Assembly (NCBI GenBank): GCA_045587445.1
Contig: JAZNCH010000069.1
Coordinates: forward strand, 5,466-69,465
Direction of reading: 5' to 3'
Length of the DNA: 64,000 nt
Source: Eubacteriales bacterium
GTDB lineage: Bacteria > Bacillota > Clostridia > Oscillospirales > CAG-272
Of this stretch, positions 53,773-63,240 are shown one piece after another. Each line of letters starts with the position of its first letter. The stretch's first letter is position 1. The position numbers and the translations under genes were made by a program. The notes below the pieces were generated by a model. The model ran no database searches. It worked only from the letters and a program-made list of their open reading frames with translations, and was not told the origin of the DNA.

Positions 53773-55978
53773 CTCCTACCATTTCATCTAATCTTTTGCA
53801 AACCTCGTCGGAGCGAAGTCGGTCTTCGGCGTATGATTTTCGTAACAATTGTCCGGGAATATAGCTGTCATATTTTTCAAAAATGGGCATTTCTGTTGTA
53901 CCTACAAGCGAATAGGTATCAATGCCGTACATTTTTGCTTTTTCGTCTAACATAGTCAAAAAGCCTTTAGGGTCATTAACCTCCATTTTAAACATTATAT
54001 AACAGCTTTCGGATTCAATATTGCTTATTTTATATTCGTCTCTGTTTTGCGATATATATCTGCGCAAGGTACGCATAGAGCGAGTGCCGAGCCAAGGGAA
54101 GAGACACCAGCTATATCCGCCGAGGTGGACGAGTGAATTTTTCAGCATACCCGTATTTCTTGCAACGTTTCGTGCCGATTGAAGTCTTGATACGGAATTT
54201 TGTTGCAAATACGGATAAATTGTATCTTCGCACAAAACTTGCTTCATACGTTCAAGGATACGTGTATGAATTTCGCCGTAGTCGCCAGGCCAAGATATTT
54301 CCATTTTACCCTTTATGCATTTTACGTACACAAGACGGCGGGGAATATCAAGTTCTTCGACCTCCCACACCTTACCCGCAAGGGCAAAGCGGTCGCCAAC
54401 GGGGGGCGGAGTCGTTATCGTTCCTATTTCATCTGACTCGCATCTGACGGTAAAGTCTTCGCTGTCCTTGAAAACGGCGTAGAATTTAAAGCTATTAGTA
54501 AGCTTTTCGCCCTCGAGTCCTACAATAAGCCCCTTTTCTTCGGTCTGCTGAATATATCCGTTTTGAAGCATAGCTAAAAGAAGCGTCTTGTATTCTTCCT
54601 TTGATACTGTTTGAAAGGGTGGTAGGTCAAGCACTCTTTCGGCAAGGTCTTTGGGAGTCAGTTCTCCTGCGGCGTTAAGTATAGAAAGAGTCTGTTGGAA
54701 CAGTAGGCTAAAGGGTTTCTTTTTTACTTTTGGGGGTTCAATAAAGCGTTCTTCAATATATAGCTGGATAATAGCTATTGCTTTTATAAGCTCCCAAGGA
54801 ATAAGCTGTGGTAAGGGTGCGTTGGGCAACGGATTTTCTTCCCTGAACACCATCATCATTTCGGGGGGAGCATCACGTCTTCCCGACCTGCCAAGTCTTT
54901 GCAAAAAGCTTGAAACGGAGTTGGGGGAGTTGTTTTGAACAATGCGTTCAAGTTTGCCTATATCAATACCGAGTTCAAGGGTAACTGTAGCACAAGTTAC
55001 AGTGTGTGTATCATCATCTTTAAGCTTCATTTCTGCCTCTTCGCGAAGTGAGGCTGAGAGGTTACCGTGATGTATGGTAAAGATATCTTCTTCCTTTTTT
55101 GCATCGGCTATTTGTCTTAGAGTTGCAGTAACGTATTCCGTTTCCTCGCGCGAATTTGAGAAAACAAGGGACTTTTTATTTTTTACGCAGTTGTAAATAT
55201 ACTCATAACCGGGGTCAAACATAGCCTTTCCGTCGGTATTTTCCGTTGGGGGAACAGCTTGATTTTCGTTTTGATTTTGAATATAAAAATGTTCTAACCC
55301 AAGTCTCCAACGAAGTTTTTCTATGGGCAATTCGGGCATTTCGGTATCTCTGCTACTGCCCGTACCCAGCCAATTGGCAGCGACCTTTACGTCTCCGACG
55401 GTTGCGGAAAGCCCGATTCTTCGGGGGCTGTTACAGATTAGCCTTTGCAATCTTGAAAGCTGACAAATAATCTGATTACCTCTGTCGGTGCCGGTCAACG
55501 TGTGTATCTCGTCAATGACAATGTATCTCAAATCGTGGAAAAGCCTTACTATATCGTTTGAACGGTTCATAAGCATACTTTCAAGGGATTCGGGGGTTAT
55601 TTGCAAAATACCGCTTGGGTTTTTGAAGGCTTTTGTTTTGTGTGAGGCAGAGACGTCGCCGTGCCAATGAAATACGGATATTCCCGACAAGTCAAGTAGC
55701 TCGTCCATACGGTTAAATTGGTCGTTTATTAAGCTTTTCAGGGGTGAAATATATAGTACGCCGAACGAGGTTGAGGGGTTTTCATACAGTTCAGTAAGAA
55801 TAGGGAAAAAAACCGCTCCCGTTTTGCCCGAGGCTGTAGAAGAAGTGAGAAGCAGATTGTTGTCGGTATCAAAAATAACTCTTGCCGCTTCAAGCTGTAC
55901 AGGGCGTAGTTCTTCCCAGTTGTTTCTGTATATGAAATCTTGTATAAAAGGGGCGTACCTTTCAAAAATATTGCTCAT
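53768..55978 (-). CDS. Lhr-like superfamily-2 DEAD/DEAH-box helicase (Lhr-core type, ~736 aa)
   Basis: LRPVQLEAARVI..SSTASGKTGAVFFP (motif I), VIDEIHTL (DExH), ..SATV.., HHGNLS, QRLGRSGRR (motif VI), plus a DEAD-associated C-terminal region. ATG 55978 lies 9 nt after GAGGTG. Confidence 0.85.
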   Translation of the reverse strand: MSNIFERYAPFIQDFIYRNNWEELRPVQLEAARVIFDTDNNLLLTSSTASGKTGAVFFPILTELYENPSTSFGVLYISPLKSLINDQFNRMDELLDLSGISVFHWHGDVSASHKTKAFKNPSGILQITPESLESMLMNRSNDIVRLFHDLRYIVIDEIHTLTGTDRGNQIICQLSRLQRLICNSPRRIGLSATVGDVKVAANWLGTGSSRDTEMPELPIEKLRWRLGLEHFYIQNQNENQAVPPTENTDGKAMFDPGYEYIYNCVKNKKSLVFSNSREETEYVTATLRQIADAKKEEDIFTIHHGNLSASLREEAEMKLKDDDTHTVTCATVTLELGIDIGKLERIVQNNSPNSVSSFLQRLGRSGRRDAPPEMMMVFREENPLPNAPLPQLIPWELIKAIAIIQLYIEERFIEPPKVKKKPFSLLFQQTLSILNAAGELTPKDLAERVLDLPPFQTVSKEEYKTLLLAMLQNGYIQQTEEKGLIVGLEGEKLTNSFKFYAVFKDSEDFTVRCESDEIGTITTPPPVGDRFALAGKVWEVEELDIPRRLVYVKCIKGKMEISWPGDYGEIHTRILERMKQVLCEDTIYPYLQQNSVSRLQSARNVARNTGMLKNSLVHLGGYSWCLFPWLGTRSMRTLRRYISQNRDEYKISNIESESCYIMFKMEVNDPKGFLTMLDEKAKMYGIDTYSLVGTTEMPIFEKYDSYIPGQLLRKSYAEDRLRSDEVCKRLDEMVGE

Positions 55979-56185
55979 CACACATTCACCTCGGCTATAG
56001 TATAACATAAAAACACGGTAAGTGGGAAGTTTTTTAAAAACTTTTGCGAAAAAATGTTAGGAATACTGTTCCTGCTGACTTTATAATTTTGTTAAAACTT
56101 ATTGAAAAATATTATAATATATAGTATAATAAAGGGTACGAATGTGATTTTTTAGAAAATAATCCAACAAAAGAAAGGCGAAACG

Positions 56186-57295
56186 ATGAGGAAATATATA
56201 GACTGGGAGAAAAAAACACATTTTGTTTTTCCCATAGACGGCGACGTTTTGAACGAATATGACGGCGAAATACGCGACGGAAAATTATACGTTGAGGCAA
56301 AAGTAGATTCTGATACGCCTGTTAAAATAAACGGCATAGATGCAGTAAAAAAGAACGGTTTTTATACTGCCGAAGTATGCATTGAGGGCGAAAAAACAAC
56401 TCTCGTTGCCGAAGGCGTGAATGCAAAGGACGAAATTGCCGTATTTACGCTCAAAAAGCATATCGGTTACTATCGTCTTTCCAGCGACGACAACGTTATT
56501 TTCCTTTATGACATAAACAAGAACAAGGATAAGTATAACTCTATTTTTGATAATCCTTATCTTGCGGTATATAAGAAAGCACACGACCTTTACGGTGCTT
56601 GCGTTCACCTTAATATTTACTATGAAATGCCTGCAGAGCATAAGTATTTCAAAGATACGAGAGAATATTTTAACCTCTCAATGATGACAGACAAGTTTAA
56701 GGCTGAATGGCAGGCAAATTCTGATTGGCTTAAGCTTAACTTCCACGCAAAAGGCGATCAACCCGACAGGCCTTATGTTGATACGGATTACGATAGAATT
56801 TATAATGACTGCAAAAAGGTACAGGAAGAGATTATACGTTTTGCAGGAAAAGAAACACTTTCAAATGAAACGACTGTACATTGGGGGGCTGTTACTTACG
56901 AGGGGACAAAGGCTGTAAGAGATTTGGGAATAAAGAGTCTTGCGGGTTATTTTGTGCTTGAAGGCGGACAACCTATAGTTTCTTATTTCTACCCGAAAGA
57001 CCTTACAGATTATCTTTCACAGAGAGATTTTTGGTACGATACAGAGCTTGATATACTCTACTGTAAGATAGACAGAGTGCTTAATCTTCATACGGCTGAA
57101 GAGTGTATTGACCTTCTCAAACTTATGAACACACAGAAGACGCGTTCGGGATTTATTGAGCTTATGATGCACGAAGAATATTTCTATCCCGATTCCACAC
57201 TTTATGAGGAGGATTTTGAATCAAGAGTACTTGAGCCTTGCCGTTGGGTGTATGAACACGGATATAAAGGAATCTTCCTTGACGAAGTTAGATAA
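56186..57295 (+). CDS. Hypothetical cytoplasmic protein (369 aa), possibly a carbohydrate-deacetylase/GH57-like fold
   Basis: A long ORF with an RBS (AAAGGCGAAACG ATG) and no signal peptide. The fold guess rests only on weak motif resemblance. Confidence 0.5.
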   Translation: MRKYIDWEKKTHFVFPIDGDVLNEYDGEIRDGKLYVEAKVDSDTPVKINGIDAVKKNGFYTAEVCIEGEKTTLVAEGVNAKDEIAVFTLKKHIGYYRLSSDDNVIFLYDINKNKDKYNSIFDNPYLAVYKKAHDLYGACVHLNIYYEMPAEHKYFKDTREYFNLSMMTDKFKAEWQANSDWLKLNFHAKGDQPDRPYVDTDYDRIYNDCKKVQEEIIRFAGKETLSNETTVHWGAVTYEGTKAVRDLGIKSLAGYFVLEGGQPIVSYFYPKDLTDYLSQRDFWYDTELDILYCKIDRVLNLHTAEECIDLLKLMNTQKTRSGFIELMMHEEYFYPDSTLYEEDFESRVLEPCRWVYEHGYKGIFLDEVR

Positions 57296-57339
57296 AATTT
57301 ATTTCTTAATATAATACAAATTAACGGAGATACAAAGAT

Positions 57340-58602
57340 ATGATACAGAAACCGAGAGGTACTATGGATATACTGCCGAAGGACGTTGCGACGTGGCAGT
57401 TTATTGAATCAAAGGCGAGAGAGGTTGCGGCGAAGTTTGGTTTTTCCGAAATTCGTTTTCCCAGCTTTGAATCAACGGAGTTGTTCCACAGAGGTGTGGG
57501 TGATTCTACAGATGTTGTTCAAAAGGAAATGTATACCTTTACGGACAGAGAGGGCAGAAGCTTAACGCTTCGTCCCGAGGGTACAGCATCCGTTGCAAGA
57601 ACTCTTATTGAAAACGGTATGTGTTCTGACACTATGCCCTTGAAGCTTTACTATCTTATAAACTGCTTTAGATATGAAAAGCCGCAGGCGGGCAGAAGCC
57701 GTGAGTTTTTCCAGTTCGGCGTTGAGTTATTTGGTGCGGCAGATGCGGCGGCAGATGCTGAAATAATCGCAGTTGCACATTCGCTTATAAAAGAGCTTGG
57801 CATAAAGAATACGAAATTGCACATAAACTCAATTGGATGTCCCGAATGCAGACCTTCATACAGACAGGCATTGAAAGATTACTTTGAAGCAAACTCTGCA
57901 GAGCTTTGCGATACCTGCAAGGGTAGGCTTGAAACTAATCCTTTGCGTATTCTTGACTGCAAGAGTCCAATATGCTCAGAGATAGCTAAGAATGCACCAA
58001 AGACTGTTGACCACCTTTGCCCCGACTGTAAACAGCACATGGAAGAGCTTGAGGCTTATTTACAGGAAATGGGTATTGAGTATGAAATCGACCCGCATAT
58101 CGTAAGAGGACTTGACTATTATACAAGAACGGTATATGAATTTATTGCAACCGATATAGGTGCACAGAGCACTATCCTCGGCGGTGGAAGATACGACGGT
58201 CTTATAAAGGACCTTGGCGGTCCTGCACTTTCGGGTATAGGTTTTGCCGCAGGTATAACAAGACTTATACTTGCTATGGAAAAATCGGGTGTTAATATAG
58301 AAAGCGAAAACAGACCTGCTCTCTATATAGCAAGTATGGGCAAGGGTGCCGCAAAATACGCTATGGGCGTTATTGCCAAGCTGCGTAACGAGGGGCTTTA
58401 TGCCGAGACAGATTTGGTAGGCCGTTCCCTTAAGGCACAGATGAAATATGCCGATAAGAAGAAGGCAAAGTTTACGCTTATAATAGGTGATTCCGAACTC
58501 GAGAATAATAAGGCTCAGCTTAAGAATATGGATAACAGTCAGCAGACAGAAATAGCACTTGACGATATTAATGCGCTTAAATGTATGCTTTTGGCTGAGT
58601 AA
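57340..58602 (+). CDS. hisS: Histidine--tRNA ligase
   Basis: PRGTMDILP.., LRPEGTA.., FRYEKPQAGRSREFFQFG.., GGGRYDGL. Confidence 0.97.
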   Translation: MIQKPRGTMDILPKDVATWQFIESKAREVAAKFGFSEIRFPSFESTELFHRGVGDSTDVVQKEMYTFTDREGRSLTLRPEGTASVARTLIENGMCSDTMPLKLYYLINCFRYEKPQAGRSREFFQFGVELFGAADAAADAEIIAVAHSLIKELGIKNTKLHINSIGCPECRPSYRQALKDYFEANSAELCDTCKGRLETNPLRILDCKSPICSEIAKNAPKTVDHLCPDCKQHMEELEAYLQEMGIEYEIDPHIVRGLDYYTRTVYEFIATDIGAQSTILGGGRYDGLIKDLGGPALSGIGFAAGITRLILAMEKSGVNIESENRPALYIASMGKGAAKYAMGVIAKLRNEGLYAETDLVGRSLKAQMKYADKKKAKFTLIIGDSELENNKAQLKNMDNSQQTEIALDDINALKCMLLAE

Positions 58603-58624
58603 TCAAATAAAGGGAGTGAAAAAT

Positions 58625-60415
58625 ATGGCAGAATTACTTGCAAAATCAGATAAAAGAACAAAATATTGCGGAGAATTTACAAAGGCAGACGTGGGGCAAA
58701 CCGTATGCGTTATGGGTTGGGCACAGAAACAGAGAGACCTCGGTAAACTTATATTTATTGACCTTCGCGACAGAACGGGTATAGTTCAGCTTGCTTTTGA
58801 CAGCGACGCAGATAAAGAGGCTTTTGATAAGGCGTTTACGGTTCGTGCTGAATATGTCCTTTGTGCAAAGGGCGTTGTAAGAGCAAGAGAAGAGGGTGCA
58901 ATTAATAAGGACAGAGCAACGGGTGAAATAGAAATTGCCGTTAACGAGCTTAAGATTCTTTCCGTTTCGCAAACTCCTCCTTTTGAAATTGTTGAAAACA
59001 GTAACGTTAAGACAGAACTTAGACTTAAGCACCGTTATCTTGACCTTCGCCGTCCCGATATGATGAACAATATCTTGATGAGAAGCAAGATTGCAAAGAT
59101 TGTACGCGACTATTATGCAGAAAACGGTTTCGTTGAAATAGAGACACCGAATCTTATTAAACCTACTCCCGAAGGTGCAAGAGACTATCTCGTTCCCAGC
59201 CGTGTTCACCCCGGTAAGTTCTATGCTCTTCCTCAGTCTCCTCAGCTTTATAAGCAGATTTTGATGCTTTCTGGCTTTGACAGATACGTTCAGTTGGCAC
59301 GTTGCTACAGAGATGAAGACCTTAGAGCAGACAGACAGCCCGAGTTTACACAGATTGACCTTGAAATGTCTTTTGTAACAGAAGATGACGTTATGGCAAT
59401 TAACGAAGGTTTCCTTAAGAGAGTGTTTAAGGACTTCCTCGGTAAAGATATAGAGACTCCTATTCAGAGAATGACTTATGCAGAAGCTATGGACCGATTT
59501 GGTTCAGATAAACCCGACCTTCGTTTTGGTTTTGAACTTAAGAACCTTTCCGACGTTGTTAAGAATTGCGAGTTCAGAGTATTCAAGGGTGCAATTGAAA
59601 TGGGAGGAAGCGTAAGAGGCATCAATGTTAAGGGCGGAGCTGCAAAGTTTAGCCGTAAGGAGATTGATTCTCTCGGCGATTTTGTTAAGACTTATCGTGC
59701 AAAGGGCTTGGCTTGGTCAAAGAACGTTGATGGCGAGATTTCTTCTTCATACGCTAAATTCTTGACAGAAGAAGAGAATAACGCTATTTATAATGCCCTC
59801 GGTTTTGAAAAGGGCGACCTTGTGTTTATTGTTGCAGATAAGGATAACGTTGTGTTTGACAGTCTCGGTGCTCTTCGTTGCGAGGTTGCGAAGCGTATGG
59901 GTCTCTGTGATCCTATGGACTTCAAGCTTCTCTGGGTAACAGAATTCCCCTTGTTTGAATATGACGAGGAAGAGGGAAGATATTATGCGAAGCACCATCC
60001 CTTTACCTCTCCTATGGACGAAGACCTTCCCCTTATGGATACCGATCCCTCAAAGGTTAGAGCTAAGGCTTATGATATGGTTATTAACGGTATGGAAGCG
60101 GGCGGTGGCTCGATTCGTATCCATAACCCCGAAATTCAGTGGAAGATGTTTGACGTGCTTGGTCTTACAAAGGAAGAAGCTGAAGAGAAGTTCGGATTTT
60201 TGCTCGAAGCATTTAAGTACGGTACTCCTCCTCACGGCGGTTTGGCGTTCGGTTTCGACAGACTTTGTACTCTCCTTCTCGGACTCGACGATATTAGAAA
60301 CGTTATCGCATTCCCGAAGGTACAGAACGCTACCGAGCTTATGACAGAGTGCCCTAACTTCCCCGAAGCGAAAGCCCTCGAAGAACTTAAGATTAAAGCT
60401 TATACCGAAGAATAA
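58625..60415 (+). CDS. aspS: Aspartate--tRNA ligase
   Basis: ATG 58625 follows AGGGAG. Motifs: GWAQKQRDLGKLIFIDLRDRTG, FRDEDLRADRQPEFTQID, GGGSIRIH, GLAFGFDRL. Confidence 0.97.
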   Translation: MAELLAKSDKRTKYCGEFTKADVGQTVCVMGWAQKQRDLGKLIFIDLRDRTGIVQLAFDSDADKEAFDKAFTVRAEYVLCAKGVVRAREEGAINKDRATGEIEIAVNELKILSVSQTPPFEIVENSNVKTELRLKHRYLDLRRPDMMNNILMRSKIAKIVRDYYAENGFVEIETPNLIKPTPEGARDYLVPSRVHPGKFYALPQSPQLYKQILMLSGFDRYVQLARCYRDEDLRADRQPEFTQIDLEMSFVTEDDVMAINEGFLKRVFKDFLGKDIETPIQRMTYAEAMDRFGSDKPDLRFGFELKNLSDVVKNCEFRVFKGAIEMGGSVRGINVKGGAAKFSRKEIDSLGDFVKTYRAKGLAWSKNVDGEISSSYAKFLTEEENNAIYNALGFEKGDLVFIVADKDNVVFDSLGALRCEVAKRMGLCDPMDFKLLWVTEFPLFEYDEEEGRYYAKHHPFTSPMDEDLPLMDTDPSKVRAKAYDMVINGMEAGGGSIRIHNPEIQWKMFDVLGLTKEEAEEKFGFLLEAFKYGTPPHGGLAFGFDRLCTLLLGLDDIRNVIAFPKVQNATELMTECPNFPEAKALEELKIKAYTEE

Positions 60416-60423
60416 GATTATAA

Positions 60424-60455
60424 AAGGACTGCTGAATGGCAGTCCTTGGTTTTTT
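60424..60455 (+). terminator. Rho-independent terminator of aspS
   Basis: AAGGACUGC-ugaau-GGCAGUCCUU followed by GGUUUUUU. Confidence 0.8.
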
Positions 60456-60457
60456 GT

Positions 60458-60505
60458 GGGAACTTTTTGAAAAAAGTTCCCACACCCTCAAAAACTTTAA
60501 AATAT
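60458..60505. repeat. Intergenic palindromic repeat module (family member)
   Basis: GTGGGAACTTTTTGAAAAAAGTTCCCAC followed by CCTCAAAAACTTTAAAAT; compare 14803-14825 and 53688-53720. Confidence 0.75.
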
Positions 60506-60511
60506 GGGAAA

Positions 60512-60685
60512 TTATTTTTTCTTTGGCTTTTTTACCAATATGTAATCGGGATTTTTTAGTAATATTCCATTGGCCGTAATAACAAGTTCGACTTCTTTTT
60601 CGAGTTTGTAGAGTTGTCGCATTTCTTTTGGAATACAAAGTCTACCGAGATTATCTATTTCTTTTATTATACCTATATTACTCAT
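60512..60685 (-). CDS. AbrB/MazE/SpoVT-type DNA-binding domain protein (57 aa)
   Basis: MSNIGIIKEIDNLGRLCIPKEMRQLYKL..VELV matches the SpoVT-AbrB swapped-hairpin motif. ATG 60685 is preceded by GGAGAT. Confidence 0.7.
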   Translation of the reverse strand: MSNIGIIKEIDNLGRLCIPKEMRQLYKLEKEVELVITANGILLKNPDYILVKKPKKK

Positions 60686-60797
60686 TTTATTATCTCCAAA
60701 CCGCACTTTGTCTTATGATAGGACATAGTTTTGTTTTGGTTAGTATATCATAATAATTGTCTTATGTCAAGACAATTTATGTGGTAGGAGAAATAAT

Positions 60798-61037
60798 ATG
60801 GCTCGAATAATAGACGGAGAAAAAAAGAATTTAATAGGCGGCAAAGTAAAGGAGTATAGACTAAAAGCTAAAATGAGTCAGCAGATGTTGTCAAACAAGC
60901 TTGAATTACAAGGCGTATACGTTTGTCGCGGCTCGGTATCGCGTATAGAAGATTATTCGAGAACCGTAACAGATGTTGAATTATATGCAATATCAAAAGT
61001 TTTAGGCGTATCTGTTGCCGACCTTTTACCTGAATAA
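60798..61037 (+). CDS. XRE-family HTH transcriptional regulator (79 aa)
   Basis: IGGKVKEYRLKAKMSQQMLSNKLELQGVYVCRGSVSRIE; RBS AGGAGA lies upstream. Confidence 0.8.
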   Translation: MARIIDGEKKNLIGGKVKEYRLKAKMSQQMLSNKLELQGVYVCRGSVSRIEDYSRTVTDVELYAISKVLGVSVADLLPE

Positions 61038-61038
61038 T

Positions 61039-61077
61039 AAAACCTCGTATACAAATGCTTTTGTATACGAGGTTTTT
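61039..61077 (+). terminator. Rho-independent terminator
   Basis: AAACCUCGUAUACAA-augcuu-UUGUAUACGAGGUUU followed by UU. Confidence 0.8.
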
Positions 61078-61104
61078 ATCCATTTTGCATTATTAGAAAA
61101 AATT

Positions 61105-61275
61105 TATTTGCCAAGGGACCTCAAAAGGCTGTTCCCTACAAATAATTAATAATATTGGTACAGACCAAAGAGGTAAGGTTTCTTTGCCTACTTTCTTTCC
61201 TTAAAAGAAAGCGAGGGGGCGTTTTTTCAAAAACGTTTCCCTATGGGTTTTAGGGTGAAACCCTAAATTGCAATT
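61105..61275. repeat. Intergenic palindromic repeat modules (family member)
   Basis: GGGACCTCAAAAGGCTGTTCCCTACAAATAATTAATAATATTGGTACAGACCAAAGAGGTAAGGTTTCTTTGCCTACTTTCTTTCCTTAAAAGAAAG parallels 15005-15100. Also present: GGGCGTTTTTTCAAAAACGTTTCCC and GGGTTTTAGGGTGAAACCC. Confidence 0.85.
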
Positions 61276-61277
61276 AT

Positions 61278-61880
61278 TTATCCAATAAACATTTGTGTCC
61301 AATAATGACCGTTTGCGACGTATCCGACGCCTATTTGAGTAAAATTAGCGTTTAATATATTTGCTCTGTGGCCTGTTGAGTTCATCCAACCGTTAACGAC
61401 AGCCGACGGGGTAGTGTATCCCATAGCGATATTTTCGCCTGCGGTTTTATATGAAATATTAAAGGCTTTTATCATATCAAACGGTGAGCCGTAGGTGGGG
61501 CTTGTGTGGGAAAAGTATTTTTTATCCAACATATCTTGGGATTTATAACGAGCGACGCGAGATAACTGCCAGTTAACAGTAAGCGGTTTCAGTCCGTGAT
61601 TCTTTCTTATTTGATTGACAAGGTCAACGACCTCTTGCTCGTAACTTAATATTCCCGAATCGATTGACGGTACATTTATAATATCGCCTGGATATATCAA
61701 ATCGGGATTTTTTATTTGTGGGTTTGCGGAAATGATTTCCGAAAGACCTATTTGGTATTTTACAGCAATTTTCCATAGGCTGTCGCCCTTTACGACAGTA
61801 TATTGTGTTGCCGCTGCCGCAGAGACAGACAAGGATATAAATAATACCAAACAAATTATAAGACTGATTATTTTTTTCAT
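61278..61880 (-). CDS. Secreted LysM + CAP/SCP (YkwD-like) domain protein
   Basis: Signal peptide, the LysM motif YTVVKGDSLWKIAVKYQIGLSEIISANP, and CAP-domain motifs GENIA..W..S.GHR.NIL...F..IGVG. Confidence 0.85.
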   Translation of the reverse strand: MKKIISLIICLVLFISLSVSAAAATQYTVVKGDSLWKIAVKYQIGLSEIISANPQIKNPDLIYPGDIINVPSIDSGILSYEQEVVDLVNQIRKNHGLKPLTVNWQLSRVARYKSQDMLDKKYFSHTSPTYGSPFDMIKAFNISYKTAGENIAMGYTTPSAVVNGWMNSTGHRANILNANFTQIGVGYVANGHYWTQMFIG

Positions 61881-62100
61881 TAAAATACTCCTATTGTGTT
61901 TTTATTAGTATTTACACATAGGAGTATTATAATATATAGATTATTTTGGAAAATATTTTTTAAAAAGATAAATAGTTTACTTGATTCTATAATTATAGTA
62001 ATTTGTATACAAAAAATATTGCTATTAAATTTTACATACTAAAAAAATGCAGTTATATTGTAATTCTTTCCCCCATGAAAGGAAAAGACAGTGTTTTTGC

Positions 62101-63210
62101 TTATTTGCTGAATTTTTCAATTATGGCATCGGTTATGCGTTTGCTTGCAAATCCGTCGCCATAGGGGTTTGATTCCTTACTCATTCGTTCATATTCAGCC
62201 TTATCTGTGAGGAGACGAAGTGTTTCGTTATAGATAACTTCACTATTCGTACCAACAAGTTTGAGAGTTCCCGCATCAATTCCTTCAGGTCTTTCAGTCG
62301 TATCTCTCAAAACAAGCACAGGCTTGCCTAAAGAGGGAGCTTCTTCTTGAATGCCGCCGCTATCGGTTAAAATGATGTGGGACATATTCTGGAAGTTGTG
62401 GAAATCAAATACCTCTAAGGGCTCAATAAGTTTTACTCTGTCGCATTCGCCGAAGATTTCGTCAGCAGTCTCGCGAACCAAAGGATTTTTGTGAATAGGA
62501 TATACAATCTTTATATCAGGAATTTCATCAAGCACTTTTCTGATTCCTTTGAAGATGTTTCTCATAGGTTCGCCTAAATTTTCGCGGCGATGAGCAGTGA
62601 GAAGAATCATTTTATAATCACCAACCCAATCTAAAACGGGGTGAGTGTAATTTTCATCAACAGTAGTACTCATAGCATCAATAGCGGTGTTACCTGTAAT
62701 ATAAATTTTGCTGGCGTCAATATTTTCCTTAAGCAGATTATTACGGCTCAACTGCGTGGGTGCAAAATACATATCTGTCATACAGTCTACCATCTGACGA
62801 TTCATTTCTTCGGGGTAGGGAGAATATTTATTATAAGTACGAAGACCTGCTTCTACATGACCGATAGCAATTTGATTATAAAAAGCGGCAAGAGCACTTG
62901 CAAAGGTTGTTGAAGTATCGCCATGCACTAAAACTATATCGGGTTTTGATTCCTTTAAAACCTTGTCAACACCGGATAAAGCTCCGTTTGTAATGTCAAT
63001 AAGAGTTTGCCCTTGTTTCATAATATTTAAATCATAATCGGGCTTGATATTAAATGTTTCAAGGACTTGGTCAAGCATTTCTCTGTGTTGTGCGGTAACA
63101 CAAACGATACTTTCTATTTCTTCGCGGCTTTCAAGTTCTTTTACAAGAGGAGCCATTTTTATAGCTTCAGGTCTTGTGCCGAAAATACTCATAACCTTTA
63201 TTTTTTTCAT
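62101..63210 (-). CDS. wecB: UDP-N-acetylglucosamine 2-epimerase (non-hydrolysing)
   Basis: MKKIKVMSIFGTRPEAIKMAPL.., VHGDTSTTFA.., HVEAGLRT.., TDSGGIQEEAPSLGKPVLV. Confidence 0.95.
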   Translation of the reverse strand: MKKIKVMSIFGTRPEAIKMAPLVKELESREEIESIVCVTAQHREMLDQVLETFNIKPDYDLNIMKQGQTLIDITNGALSGVDKVLKESKPDIVLVHGDTSTTFASALAAFYNQIAIGHVEAGLRTYNKYSPYPEEMNRQMVDCMTDMYFAPTQLSRNNLLKENIDASKIYITGNTAIDAMSTTVDENYTHPVLDWVGDYKMILLTAHRRENLGEPMRNIFKGIRKVLDEIPDIKIVYPIHKNPLVRETADEIFGECDRVKLIEPLEVFDFHNFQNMSHIILTDSGGIQEEAPSLGKPVLVLRDTTERPEGIDAGTLKLVGTNSEVIYNETLRLLTDKAEYERMSKESNPYGDGFASKRITDAIIEKFSK

Positions 63211-63240
63211 CTTATTAACCCTTTCAGCAAGTTCGTTTTA

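Noticed and set aside
56009-57339. Expected T-box leader upstream of hisS-aspS
   Set aside because: The GGUGGUACCGCG-type motif and AGAGA/GGUG Stem I features are absent from 56009-56185 and from the 44-nt gap before hisS. These synthetases appear not to be T-box controlled here.
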